A stretch of DNA of 64,000 bases, from positions 16,492,001 through 16,556,000 of the forward strand of contig NC_045729.1 in NCBI RefSeq assembly GCF_009834535.1, read 5' to 3'. Positions 11,522 through 23,060 of this stretch are shown here, one piece after another (position 1 is the first letter of the stretch; each line of letters opens with the position of its first letter). The position numbers were made by a program, and so were the translations under genes. The notes below the pieces were generated by a model. It was not told where the DNA came from, made no database searches, and saw only the letters and a list, made by a program, of their open reading frames with translations. The DNA is from Camelus ferus (Eukaryota).

Positions 11522-11786
11522 CTGGGGGGAAAGCAGGCATCAGGGGAGGGTAAAGGTGGGGTGTGGGGGTGCATGGTCATCTGAGGTAGGTGGGCTTGGG
11601 GCTCTAGGGTTTTGGGGGCACCCCAAATATGAGGTCTAAGTTCAGAAAGTCTCTGGCCACTTCCAGGTCAGGGGTCTCTAAGGTGTTACTCAAGGGTGAA
11701 TCCAGCCCCCTCCCCGCAGGCCACACTCCCTCATGCCCCAGTTCCATGTTTTCGGGGGTCCCCTAGCAGGAGGGTCCCGGGGTTAC

Positions 11787-11843
11787 AGCAATCTGCTTCT
11801 TGAGCTGCTCCGCCTCCTGCCGCAGCTGCTCCATCTCCCCCAT
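11787..11843 (-). CDS. GNB3: GNB3 coding exon 1
   Basis: ATG 11843; MGEMEQLRQEAEQLKKQIA; acceptor at 11874-11875 leaves 30 nt of UTR in this exon. Nine exons total 1023 nt, 340 aa. Confidence 0.98.
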
Positions 11844-12096
11844 GGCTGCAAGGTTGAGGGGTGGCTCCTACTCCTGCCAGAAATGGGGGTAGGTGTCAGG
11901 GGATCCCCACCAGGCCCTCACCCCACACCGGACTCCTCATGAGTCCACCCCTCAAAGAGAGAAATGATTGGGTGCTTAGCACCACCTCCCCTGCTCTGCC
12001 AGCCCCTCCAAGGGTGCAGCCAGCCAGCCCTGGCGCAGCCCGCCCTCCCTGCAGCCCCCAGCCCCGGAGGGCGGAGCTGGGCCAGCTCCCTCTTAC

Positions 12097-12200
12097 CTGG
12101 GCTCTGTGACTGGACCTCTTCTAGGCTTCCAGCTCCGCTTCCCGGGTGCCTCCTCACTCCCTCAGCTGCGACGCCCGCCTGTCACCTGCCCCGGCTCTAC
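12097..12200 (-). other. GNB3: Probable GNB3 non-coding 5' exon (5' limit uncertain)
   Basis: Strong donor CCCAG/GTAAGA at 12097/12096 upstream of the first coding exon. Confidence 0.6.
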
Positions 12201-13313
12201 TGCCAGAGGAGCTGGCCTGGCCTGGCCCCGGCTGGGGGGTGCGGGGGGGCACTGACAGGGAAGGGTAGGGCTAACGTCAGGCAAATGAAATCAGCTGGCA
12301 GGGGTGGGGGGAGAGGACAGGGAGGGAGATGTGTGGCTTCCAGAGAGACTTGGGCCCAGCCCGGGGGAGGGTGGGAGCAGGAGTGCGGGGCGATACAGAG
12401 GAGCAGCCCCCTGTAGCGAGCCCTGGCGGCGGGGGGGGGGGGGTATGTGTGCTCCCCCAGCCGGTCTCTCTCGAGGCAGAGAGCAGAGCATCAGGCCCCA
12501 CGGGATTAGAGCAAAGCTGTGAGGAATTAAGGGTCAGGGTTGGGAGGGGTGCAAAGGAGCAGCAGCAAGCACAGCTCCAGGGGCCCCCCAGGCCCTGGCC
12601 CCCACCCATGGCAATGATCTTGGCCCTCAGGGCCTACCTAGCAACCAGTCCAGGAGACAGAGAATGAGGGTGAGAGATGGCCCATTGTCAACACCCCAAG
12701 TTGTGTTCCTTAGCTCAGGGTAGTGGGGGAAGCAGGTTACAGTGAATATGGGGAGGGTGCAGGCAGGAGCTGAGATTAGAAGGGACTGATCTGGATAATC
12801 CTTCTTCTGAACAAACCCCAACCAGCTGCCCCCAGGTCTGATCCTGGGGGAGTGGGGGCAAGTCCAGGGGATCCAGCGAGGAGAATGAACAGGCCTGGCC
12901 CTGCTTTGAGTGGAGAAAGACTCGCAAGTAGAAGGCAACCCGTCCCCTACTCCTATCATAAACTGGACCCACTCCTTGCCCCCATGACACCCGGGGTCCT
13001 GCTGGGGCTGTGAAGGCAAGAACCAGAGGGATCAGGCTGCCCTAAGTCTCAGCCAAGCTCGGTGAGGGAAGACGGGGCTTAGGGTAGGAGGCCCAAGGAG
13101 CAGCTGTCAGGGGTTAGGGGTCATTTGCATGAGGGGAGCAGGTGGCCGAGATTTCCCTGACAAATCACAGCCTTGAGCGCCCCGCCTCCAGAGGCCCAAG
13201 ATACCTGTCTCCTCCCAGGCCAGCCACAGCCACCGCCACTCCCACCTTCAGCCACCCCGAAACTGCAAACTGCAAGACACTTGACTGGGCCCTGGCTGAG
13301 GGTCTTCAGGACC

Positions 13314-13319
13314 TTTATT
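13314..13319 (-). terminator. P3H3: P3H3 polyadenylation signal AATAAA
   Basis: TTTATT on + strand, about 350 nt after the stop. Confidence 0.75.
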
Positions 13320-13607
13320 GACAGGCTGGGAGAGGGCAGCAGGGGTGTCCTCCCTCTCTTCCTCCTCCTTTAAACCCCGCAGTCGGGCCCTACCCACTGC
13401 CATTTCTTTCCAGGGTGGCGTCCAGTCTTCTGTCTGTCCCAGGGCAGGAGGTCTGCCAGCTGGGGCCAAGCCTGGCCCCCCAGGCCAGTCTGTGCCGTGT
13501 CCTCTGAGTCCAGGGCTGATGGCCCTCATGATCCCCAAGAGGATGGGGGTGCAGGGACAGAGAGCTGGCTGTTCTCCTCCTGTCACATAGGGGCTTCTCG
13601 TGGGTCT

Positions 13608-13643
13608 TGGCATCAAGGTGGACCCTGGCATCAAGGTGGACCC
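13608..13643. repeat. Exact 18-bp tandem duplication (TGGCATCAAGGTGGACCC x2) in the P3H3 3' UTR
   Basis: Read directly. Confidence 0.95.
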
Positions 13644-13669
13644 TTCACAAGTCAAGCTGGCTCAGCCCC

Positions 13670-13822
13670 TCACAGCTCCTCTCGGACACGAGATGGCTTC
13701 CCAGCCTTGTCCTGGACCCGCTGAAGCCTGCGGCTGGGGGGTTCTGGGGCAGGGTCTCTGCTGGGCATTTCTTCTTCCTCCTCCTCTGGCTCCTGCAGCA
13801 GCTCTTTGGCTTCTGTCCACTC
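13670..13822 (-). CDS. P3H3: Prolyl 3-hydroxylase 3 (LEPREL2), exon 15, ending in ER-retrieval REEL
   Basis: EWTEAKELLQEPEEEEEEMPS...KPSRVREEL*. Confidence 0.96.
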   Translation of the reverse strand, partial: EWTEAKELLQEPEEEEEEMPSRDPAPEPPSRRLQRVQDKAGKPSRVREEL

Positions 13823-13938
13823 CTGGGAGATGGGGAGGAGGGTCTGGCTCCATCCCCTGCCTCCCTGCCCCAAGGACCTTCCCTGGGTGATCTCAGCCCC
13901 TGCCCACACCTCACACCACTACTCCCGCTCCTCCTCAC

Positions 13939-14079
13939 CTGCTCCCTGTGCTCAGGTGCCCACGTGTGCCACAGCGCCAGGGCACAGCGCCGTCCCCTTG
14001 TCACAGCCCACACGCCATGGGGATTCTCCCCACCAGAGCTGAAGGCCACGAGGCGCCCGCAGCGAGGTCGAACCTGCGC
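13939..14079 (-). CDS. P3H3: P3H3 exon 14 (distal Fe-binding His and 2-OG-binding Arg)
   Basis: 141 nt; AQVRPRCGRLVAFSSGGENPHGVWAVTRGRRCALALWHTWAPEHREQ. Confidence 0.97.
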
Positions 14080-14850
14080 CTGGGGGTGAGGGTGGGGTCA
14101 GCTCCAGGGAAAGTCCCTCAGAGAACTTGGCCCTGACTCCTGCCCAAGAGCAGGACGGGGGCAGGGGCCCCGGAAAGGTCAGCTTTCTTGCCTACCACTT
14201 CTCCCTCCTTAATTCAGGGACTATCTTGGGGCAAATGGGAAATGGACCTCCACTTGGGGAGCACGAATGCCAGCCTGAGGCCAGAGGCGTTGGAGCCGAA
14301 GGGAGAAGGGGCCTCCCTCAAGGGCCTTGGGTTGGCCCATCCCCCAGGTGCCCTGACTTTTCCTGGCCAACCCTTTGAACCAGGTGTGAAGCCATCTGAG
14401 GGGATGGGTGCGGTAACAAACCCTGGGTTCTGGGTGGAGGGATCTTGGGGAAATTTTTCCACCCCAAGGAGGGCTTGGATTACAGGTAGCTGGTGGTGGT
14501 AGCAGAGAAGGCAGTAACTGGGTAAGACAGAGCAATTCATGGTAAAAAATCACTGTTCCTCCCCTTCCACCAATCCCAGCCCCGAGCTTCCACCTGGAAC
14601 AGGGGTTTGGGGTTCTGCGCTTCACTCGCCCTCCCTTAGGAGGTGAGGCAAATGCGGAAGGCAGGGTCTCCTGGCATAATGGACCCCTGCTAGGAGAGGC
14701 CCTGAAAAGACACGTGGTGGGAGGTGTTGGGGAGGCCAGGAAAGGAGATGGTTAAGGGGGCCCATCCATTTCCCTGCATTTGCCTCTGGGAACCTTCTGT
14801 TTTGAATCCTGAGCCCACAGCTGGGCTCCCTGCCACATCGCCCCACTTAC

Positions 14851-14926
14851 CGTGACCCTGAGGGCGTTGGGCTCCGTGAAGAACAGGTCCCCACCCTGGA
14901 AGTCATCGTTGAGGTAGAGGAGTCCA
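14851..14926 (-). CDS. P3H3: P3H3 exon 13
   Basis: 76 nt; GLLYLNDDFQGGDLFFTEPNALRVT. Confidence 0.97.
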
Positions 14927-15006
14927 CTGGGGAGGGAGGAAGACGGGAGGCAGTGAGACCCCCACCCGGCCAGGCCCACCTGCCCGAACCCTGGAGGGCC
15001 GCCCAC

Positions 15007-15124
15007 CTGTAGTCCCGGTAGGTATAGGCCGGGGGCTCCCGCCAGCACTCCCCGGTGTCGGGGTCCAGGACGCAGTTGTCTGCATGCACCGGGTGGCTCA
15101 GGTCCATGCGCTGCGCTTGCTCTC
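15007..15124 (-). CDS. P3H3: P3H3 exon 12 (HxD iron-binding motif)
   Basis: 118 nt; EQAQRMDLSHPVHADNCVLDPDTGECWREPPAYTYRDY. Confidence 0.97.
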
Positions 15125-15326
15125 CTGGGAAGCAAAGGGGCCTGGTGGAAGCCCATCCACACCCGCCCTGCAGCTCCAGGGTCACAGCCCGGCCGAGGAG
15201 CTGGCCGCAGCCCGGGCAGAGGGGTCAGTCTTCCTGGAGTGAAGACTGAAACCACACAGCTGAGGGTGTACAGGGCCCAACAGGGGCCCAGGGTGGGGAG
15301 GAGCGGCCGGGCTCCCCGGTGGTTAC

Positions 15327-15477
15327 CTTCTACGGCACTGCGGCACACCAGGTGGGTGAAGGAGAGGTGCAGGGGCCGATCTGGGGAGAAGTAGGCCTGT
15401 GTCAGGGTCCGCACGCGCTCGCTCACCTCCAGGAGCAGCTGAGCACCCTGACTGCCCACGGCCCCGGCCCGGGCCAG
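15327..15477 (-). CDS. P3H3: P3H3 exon 11
   Basis: 151 nt; LARAGAVGSQGAQLLLEVSERVRTLTQAYF...SFTHLVCRSAVE. Confidence 0.96.
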
Positions 15478-15779
15478 CTGCAGGCAGCGAAAGGAAGGAG
15501 GGAAGGGGCGGGTTGGAAGGATGGTCCCAGCTACCGACCCGGCACCAATTCCGCTACCTCCGCCTACAGTTTGGGGCTCAGCAGCCCATTAGCCCAACCT
15601 GCTCCTCCCACTGACGACAACATGGGCCCCTCGGTCTGGAACCCCCTCCTCTGCCCTGGGCAGAGGCCTCGGCTGCTCCTATGAGAGCGCCTCCCCGCCC
15701 CTCCCAGGAGACGCTGGGCCCCGATGCCCAGCTCGCTCAGGTTCCGGCATCAGACCAGGCCATGGGCACCTCTTCTCAC

Positions 15780-15881
15780 CTGTGCAGCCTTGAGCACCGT
15801 AAGCCCCTCAAAGCGTTCGTGGGGGGTGTGTGGGGAGCGGCGGCCCCGATAGCCCGACCTGGCTCCAGCCTCAGCTGCATC
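15780..15881 (-). CDS. P3H3: P3H3 exon 10
   Basis: 102 nt; DAAEAGARSGYRGRRSPHTPHERFEGLTVLKAAQ. Confidence 0.96.
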
Positions 15882-16359
15882 CTAAACAGGGAGGGCACTG
15901 AGTGTGGAGTCACTTCCGCTGGGTCCCCGGCTACTGCCCCCCTTCACTGCCCACAGGGCTATACCCGGCCTTCCCTCCAACCCTCCCACTCCCTGGAAGA
16001 GGGTAGAAGCTCCCGGAGTTCTCTGAGCAGCTGCTTTTTTTTCCCAGAGAATGACTATCTCCACATCTGTGCTGTCACTGCTGGTAAAGATCTGGAATCC
16101 CACTCGCCGAGGGGGCTGTGCAGAGAACTCTGGAGAGAACTCTGTGCAGAGGAAGGGGCTCTGAGAGGTAAGGACAGCTGCGGGAGTGAGGCAGGAGGGG
16201 CAAGACCACTCATCCCCGATGAGCTGAGAATAGAGGAGTCTGTCTGGAATGGGACACTGGCAGGACCGGGGCCAGGTCCTGGCTAACTTCAGGTGGGGAC
16301 ATAGCATCCGACCAGGTATCTCTCTCCGACTTTTTCCCACCTGACACTCTCTTGGAGAA

Positions 16360-17910
16360 CGTGAGAACCCTGGATGCTGAGTCCCAGTTACCCAACTGCC
16401 TACCTGACTCGCATCACCTGGAGGTCTCCTGGTATTTGGATGTCCCTTTTCTGACACCTCTTTAAACTCAGAGTACCACTACCTAGTTACCCCATATATA
16501 AACCGCATCTCTTAGAGGCCACCTAGCCACCCAAGGCATCTAGCCCTCTATTCCTAAATTCATGCATTCATTCAGTAGGTACTGAGCATCTACTATGTGT
16601 CAGCCACTGTTCTAGGCACTGGGGACTCAACTATGAACATGAAAAGTTCCTGCTTTCATGGGGTTTATATTTTGAAATAATAAACAAACAAACAAACAAA
16701 CCAGATCAACTCAGATGGTGATAAGTGTTACAGAAAATTAGAGCAGGGTTACAACCTTGAGCATCCCCCAGCAGGAGTCAGGGGACAGCTAACTGACAAG
16801 GTGACATCTAAATTTAAATTAAATGATATGAAGGAATATCTGAAAGAAAAAAATTTTTCTAGGCAGCAGGAATAGCAAGTGCAAAGGTCCTGAGGCCAGA
16901 ATGAGTTTAGTGTAATCAAGGAATAGGAAGAAGGTCTGATATTTGGGGATCATCCTTGACTCCATTCTTTCATCGTCTTCCACATAGATTCAGTCCTCTA
17001 TCTTAGCTTCTCTATCTTTGATTTTCTAAATATTTCTCATCTGTCCCCATCTTCATCCCCTTGAAATGAGGCCCTATAGGGCAGGGGCGCTCTTGCATCA
17101 CCCCAGAAACTCCCCTACTTCCCTCTCCCACTGCATTCTCCACAGTGCCACTAGAGGGAGCTCCTGGTCCTGCAGGATGGGGACTCCAGATCCTGCACTT
17201 GGAGGTTCTACAGCAACAGGAAAGTCAACCCCTCCTTAAATCCTTCAGAAAGCTGTCCACCAACTACAAAAAAAGTCCTAAGTCCTCGGTAGGGTGCAGA
17301 GGTCCTTCCCCATCTCTCCTGTGCCTCCACTCCTATACTGCCTCTGGATAATACACAGCCTGCAATGGTGACAGCTAATACTGAACACTTTCTAGATTCT
17401 TCGAAGAGCTCTGCCATGTGCTAACTCATTTAACCCTTGCAACAACCCTACAACAAAACCGCTGCATTTAGCCCCATCTCATAGAGGAGGAAACTAGGCT
17501 CAGAGATGTGAAAATATGTGGCCCAAGGTCACACTGGTCATCACCGTTGGGACTGGCCCATGCTCTTAACTCCTGTGCTCCACTGCCGTTCCCAGGACCC
17601 CCCTCATTCTGCTACCTCGCAGCCTGACTTTCCTTCCCTCTCTGCCTGGTTCACTCAACCTTCAGACGGAGCTCAAATGCCACCCTCTCCCATAAACCTT
17701 CCATGACTTTGCATCTCAGGGCTTCTACTTGGATGACTACATACTTCTTTTATCAAACTCATCACCCACTCTGATTATGTGTCTCCACGTCCAATTCCTT
17801 CTCTATACACTGAGCTCCTGAATGCACGGTCTGTGTTTGTCTACCTCTCTGGAACCTAGGAGTTTCCAGTACACAGCAAGCACTCAGAGAGTGAGTGTTG
17901 AACGAATACT
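16360..17910. mobile_element. Cluster of L2 and MIR fragments in P3H3 intron 9
   Basis: L2 3' end (cattcattcagtaggtactgagcatctactatgtg, about 16560), MIR (gaggaggaaactaggctcagag, about 17485), L2 about 17600-17910. Confidence 0.65.
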
Positions 17911-18336
17911 AGCCCAGGATGAGGACCAAAGATTCATAAAATGGCAGACTCAGCCTGGTGAATATGGATCATTCAACCCAAACTAGGAGGGGATGTGATG
18001 ATGGAGAAGAAGGCTGTGTGTCTGCTGCGCCCGCGGCTGAGCCAGTAACTAAGGCCCCGGCCAACCAAGCACTCACCCCTATTTAACGCCTTTCTGTGTT
18101 TTGTTTTGTTCTTCCTGTCAATCTCTAGGAAAATTCCTTTGTAAAATGTCCAGCCCATGTCAGCTAAGCTGAGAGGAAAAGGAACTTGTCCACAGCAGTG
18201 AGACAGTGGCAAGAACCATTTCCCCACTGGGGAGTCAGAGGGCAGGACAGGAGGCTGGCCAAGAGCCAGGGAGAAGGCAGCTGTGCCTGCGGGTCCCCAG
18301 CCAGCCACCGTGCCACCGACTGACAGGTCTCCTCAC

Positions 18337-18461
18337 CTTGGCCAGCTGCAGCAGCACCCCACACTCGGCTGGGGTGAGCAGCCCATCCAGCACTGCTCTC
18401 TCGGACCCATTCAGCTGTCTGGCATCCTGGGTCAGGGTTACTCCCTCCAGGAGGAGGACAT
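18337..18461 (-). CDS. P3H3: P3H3 exon 9
   Basis: 125 nt; VLLLEGVTLTQDARQLNGSERAVLDGLLTPAECGVLLQLAK. Confidence 0.96.
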
Positions 18462-18556
18462 CTGCAGGGGAGGGATGGGGCAGAGGGGGTTGAGGGTCCC
18501 CTGAGGGCAGCCCCAGCCTCTCTGGGCTCCTGCCTCCTGCTGTCCCAGGAACTCAC

Positions 18557-18624
18557 CCTTCCAGTGAGTCAAGGGCTTCGGCTGAGGAGGCTCATGGTCC
18601 CACGGCCTCTTCTCCTGATCCTCT
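18557..18624 (-). CDS. P3H3: P3H3 exon 8
   Basis: 68 nt; EDQEKRPWDHEPPQPKPLTHWK. Confidence 0.94.
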
Positions 18625-18756
18625 CTCAGGGGTGAGAGATATGCTCAGTGGAGGCACAGGCCAGCCAGACCCATCTTCCCCAGACCCGGCCTCCCCGGGC
18701 CCCTCCCATCCTCTTCCAGCTCAGGCCACGCCCCTCCCGACACAGGCATCTCCTAC

Positions 18757-18809
18757 CTGAGCTTTTCTCTAAGAGCCTCCGGGATGACAGCTGCCGGGGT
18801 CCAGGGATC
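18757..18809 (-). CDS. P3H3: P3H3 exon 7
   Basis: 53 nt; DPWTPAAVIPEALREKL. Confidence 0.94.
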
Positions 18810-19129
18810 CTGGGACAGTCAGGAAAAGCACCATCACCCATCAAGTCCACCCCTGAATCCCTGATCGTAGACTCTGAACAATCACATGAAGGTCCTCCTG
18901 CTTCCAGAGGAGAAGGTGGAGGTGGGAAAGCCCTGGACTCACTGTCGGGAGCCCTGGACACTGGGCCCAACTCTGTAATAACAATATTAATAACGTAACA
19001 ACAACAACATAGCACTTGTATGGCACTATTGGCCAGGTGCTGGTCTAAGAGCTTTATACATGGAAGTGGGGTTTGCCATTTAAAGTTCACAATAGGCTTA
19101 TCAAACAAGTACTTTTTCCTTTTTTGTTG

Positions 19130-19283
19130 TTGTTGCTTTTTGTTGTTGTTTGTGGCAGGGGGAGGTATTTATTTATGTATTTATTTATTTATTTATTTAT
19201 TTTTAGAGGAGGTACCAGGCATTAAACCCAGGATCCCATGCATGCTAAGCATTCACTCTGCCCTTGAGTCATACCCTCCCCCC
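19130..19283 (-). mobile_element. Vic-1-like SINE inserted into a MIR
   Basis: tRNA-like head, (TTTA)n tract and ACCTCCCC tail; MIR sequence on both sides. Confidence 0.85.
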
Positions 19284-19421
19284 TCGAACAGGCAGTGTTA
19301 ACGTGCCCATTTTGCAGTTGAGGACTCTGAGATACAAAGACGTAAAGTAACATGATCATGTCACACAGCTGGTAAGGGACAGAGTCGGGATTTAAACTAG
19401 CTTCAGAGTCTACGCTTTAAG

Positions 19422-19640
19422 TCAGCGGTTCCCAAACAGGGAGATTTGCCAGTCAGGGGACACTGCTATGTCTGCAAACAGTGCTGATGGTCGTGACTCA
19501 GGGAGCGCTGGCGACACCTACTGGGAAGAGGTCAGAGAAGCTGGCCTTGGCTGCCTCACATTCCTGGATCATCCCTTTTCTCCAATAAGGAAGTATGGTT
19601 TAAAATGTCAGTAGCGCTAACAAGGTTGAGAAGCCCTGCC
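19422..19640. mobile_element. MER20-like hAT DNA transposon
   Basis: Ends cagcggttcccaaac ... aaggttgagaagccctg. Confidence 0.65.
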
Positions 19641-20076
19641 TAATGCTATAGTACTAGCGAGAGTCACCTCTGCCCTTTAGTTTCCCCTCATTACAATAAA
19701 AACAGCAGCAAGAAGAAGAGTAATAAAAGCAGCAGCAGCAGAGATGTCTGTACTTTGTAGCCAATGCGGGGCTTCAACAGCCCTATGAGATAAGTGTGAT
19801 TGTTCCCATTTTACAGGTGAGGAAATTGAGGCTGAGCCAAGTGAAGGTCCAGAGCTTGTTTGTGGCAGAGGAGAGACCAACACAGAGGACCGCATGACCC
19901 CAAAACCGCCCTTAACGACAGGCACCTGCCTCTGTCCCTGTGACCCAGGGACACAGTGTCCTCTCAGGCCTCACAGGGTTGTGGAGAAATAGGAAAGGCT
20001 GTTGGGGGGGGACTGATGCGATACATCCACGTAGGGCATCACTGTTGTCTCCCTCCTGAGAAGTGGGGTCACTCAC

Positions 20077-20166
20077 AGGATCCTTGAAGCTGGTCCCCAG
20101 GTGCTCCATAGCATAGTAGAGCTGCCTCTTCTCCCCCAGGGATCGAAGGACAAAGCTCTGGATGTC
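20077..20166 (-). CDS. P3H3: P3H3 exon 6
   Basis: 90 nt; DIQSFVLRSLGEKRQLYYAMEHLGTSFKDP. Confidence 0.96.
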
Positions 20167-20578
20167 CTGAGGTGGGTGGACACAGGGAGCAGGCGGGGGT
20201 GGGGGTGCAGGAAGTTACGGCTGGAGGAGCCCCAGGCTCCCTACTGCTGGCTGTGCCCCCGGTTCAACCCTCCTCCCTCAGCAGCTTCAGGGTGTCGGGG
20301 CTCAGACTGAGGGGGGAGTGTGTATGTGTGTGAGTGTGTGCACACACGTGTGTGAACTCGTGCATAAGGTGGGGGCGGGCAGGAGTGAGGTTAAGGGGAG
20401 GGGCCCAGCTGGCGCTTGGACTCAGAAGGAGAGTCTAAGTGGGGCGCGGGCAGTGGAGACAAGCCAGATGCTGGGCTTGGGGTGGCCTTTGGCGGGGATA
20501 GGGGTGGGCTCCAGGTGCTGTCTCTCAAGTATCTGTTTGAAGTAGGGGTACTTCACAGGGTAGTGCGGAGGCAGTTAC

Positions 20579-20715
20579 CTCTCTCGGCCCAAGGCTGGGT
20601 CTTGGCTCTCCCAGCTGGGCCTGGTACTGGTCCAGAGCCTTCTTGGAAGCCTCATCCTCCGGGTAGAAAAGCAGGACGCTCAGGACACTTTCCACAGCCT
20701 GGGACAGATTCCCCA
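20579..20715 (-). CDS. P3H3: P3H3 exon 5
   Basis: 137 nt; VGNLSQAVESVLSVLLFYPEDEASKKALDQYQAQLGEPRPSLGPRE. Confidence 0.96.
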
Positions 20716-21206
20716 CTGGAGACAGAGCAACAGTGTGGGGCAGGGCACACAGACCCAGTGCCGCAGCAATCCCTGGGCGGAGGTGAGAAGCCAGCGGGAC
20801 AGAGGCAGAGCCGGAGAAGGTGGTCCCCAGTGCCAACCGACTCCAGAGCCCCCAGCCCACCCGCAGACAGGCTCATCCACTGCTTCTTTCCAAAGCTTCC
20901 TGGAACATACCTGAGCTGCGCAGGCAGAGTTCAGAGAGGAGGCAGAGGAGAGAGTAAAGGAGGGTGAGAAGCAGCAAGGGCAGGAGGAGCCCTGTGACCC
21001 CATCCCGGGCTTTCCACAATGGTGCCAAAGGAGAGCAAATTAGAGTCCTCCCAAGGTGACGGTCCCCGAGGAGCCCTGACCAACTACAGATGCAGAGACA
21101 GATGGAGGGATGGAGAGAGGGGGCTTAGGGTACCATCAGAGAGAAACCTTCACTCTCCGTGTTTCCAACCCTAGTCATCCCCCGGGCTCACCCTTCCCCA
21201 ACTGAC

Positions 21207-21338
21207 CCTGAGCATAGGCCTCATGCAGCCGCTTCAGCTGGCCGGGCAGGAAGTCGGGGACAGGGAAGCTGCGACCAGGACGTGTGGCCGTGTCCCCCAC
21301 ACAGCGCTGCCGGCACTGCAGGACCCGAATCCAGTGCA
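21207..21338 (-). CDS. P3H3: P3H3 exon 4
   Basis: 132 nt; VHWIRVLQCRQRCVGDTATRPGRSFPVPDFLPGQLKRLHEAYAQ. Confidence 0.96.
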
Positions 21339-21414
21339 CTGTGGGAGACACACCTGAGCCACTCAGCTTGTGACGTGCCTCCCCCCATGCACCCCCGCAC
21401 TCCCGGCTCTGTAC

Positions 21415-21616
21415 CTGCAATGGCCTCATAGAGGCCCCCCTGGCTCCCTGTCCCTTCCTGCTCATCTTCTTCCCTCTGCTGCTCCTCAGGCCCCTCACAG
21501 TCAGCCCGGCAGCTCTCCATCTGGGCCAGGCTCTCCTGCAGGGCCTCCTCTAGCCAGGGCAGTGCCAGTCCTGCCTCCTGGCGCCCCAGTAGCTCCAGGC
21601 CAGTGTCATAGGCTGC
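21415..21616 (-). CDS. P3H3: P3H3 exon 3
   Basis: 202 nt; AAYDTGLELLGRQEAGLALP...MESCRADCEG...GGLYEAIA. Confidence 0.96.
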
Positions 21617-21964
21617 CTATTGTGGAGGGAGTGGTAAGTCACCTGAGATCCTGGGGGAGGGGGTGCCGAAGGAGATTGGGAGGTAGAAAGAAGGGGAGGG
21701 GCGTTGGTCCCCTTTGGGGCCTGGACTCCGGGTCCCAGTTCCCTAGTCCTTGGGGAATACAAGGGCGAACCTCAGAATCAGAATGTTGGGACACAGGGCT
21801 TTAGTGATCCTCAGGAAGAGAACGAAGTCCCAGAGAGGGACTCCCCATCCAGGGTCACCGAGGACAGTACCCAGATTTCCTGATGCCCAGTGGACAGGGC
21901 CACAGTCCAGTACCCAGCCAGTTAGAGGCTCGGGATAGGCTTGGGGCCATGCTGAGGGTCTCAC

Positions 21965-22117
21965 CCAATATGGGGGTGTCTCCAGGTCCCGGAAGCTCTG
22001 GGGCCGAACCCCGGTCATTCGTCTGTACTTAGCCATGTCCTCCCGCATCTGCAGGTGTGTTGGGTTTGCTACAAAGAAGGTGTGTGCTGCGGCTGCTGCC
22101 AGGTCCAACTTCTTCAG
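21965..22117 (-). CDS. P3H3: P3H3 exon 2
   Basis: 153 nt; LKKLDLAAAAAHTFFVANPTHLQMREDMAKYRRMTGVRPQSFRDLETPPYW. Confidence 0.96.
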
Positions 22118-23060
22118 CTGAGAAGCGGGAAGGATGAGGGAGTCAGCCCTGAGGTGGGGGTGTCAGACTCTGCCCCCTCACCAGCCCACCCCAACCCTAG
22201 ACACACTTGGCACTGCCCCAGAGCCTTCTGAAGACTTATTGGTCAGAAGTGCCCACCTCCCAACCTCCAGACCCCCAGTATGTTGGGACTCTCAGGAGTC
22301 TGGTAGCTAAGGAAAGGGGGGGGGGTCTAAAGATTTTGGAGTGGGTGGGATATAGGCAGAGGAACCTGGGGCCTCAGTTTGGGAGACTAGATGGAAATGA
22401 TGGTTAAGTGAGGTGGGGAAGCCGGGGTGACCTGAGCGGCCAGCAAAAGCCGCAGGTCTCTAGGACCCTGAGCTGAGGTGCGTGTGACCAACGCCCCCCT
22501 TCCCCGGCCACGTAGGCGTTAGTTAGCAGCCAGAAGCTACCGTACCAGAAGCTGCCAGTGTCCACTGCCCCTGCCCCTGGACACGCGGCCCCTTATCCTC
22601 GTCCGCGTCTTCTTCCCTTCCCGAGTTCCCCGCTAGCCCAAGCGAAGGCTCACACTCACTCACCCCCCACCACGGCCCCCACGCTCTCTCTCCAGCGGCG
22701 CGTTACGCCCCTGCTCGCTCTGCTTCATTCCTGGGAAGCGGCGGCTGTCACCCCACGTAGGTCTCAGTCAGACTTCCTAAACCGTCAGGCCCCTGCCCTC
22801 CATCTTCGATCTGCTTCCACCCCGCCGCATGCCCCCCATCCCAACTTTGCTCCCACACTCCCGAGGTTGTCCCTCTGCCACCTCGATGGGTGCTTGTTTG
22901 TCGCAGTTCGACAGGACCGACTCCCAAGGAGAGGTCCTATCAACACAGCCCCACCCGAGTCCGGGCACTGGCGCGCGGCCCCTCCCGGGGAGCAGGGAGG
23001 AGGCTGGGGGGAGGACGGCAGCCGGGCGGGGAGGACCCACGGGGCCGGGCCGCCGCGCAC

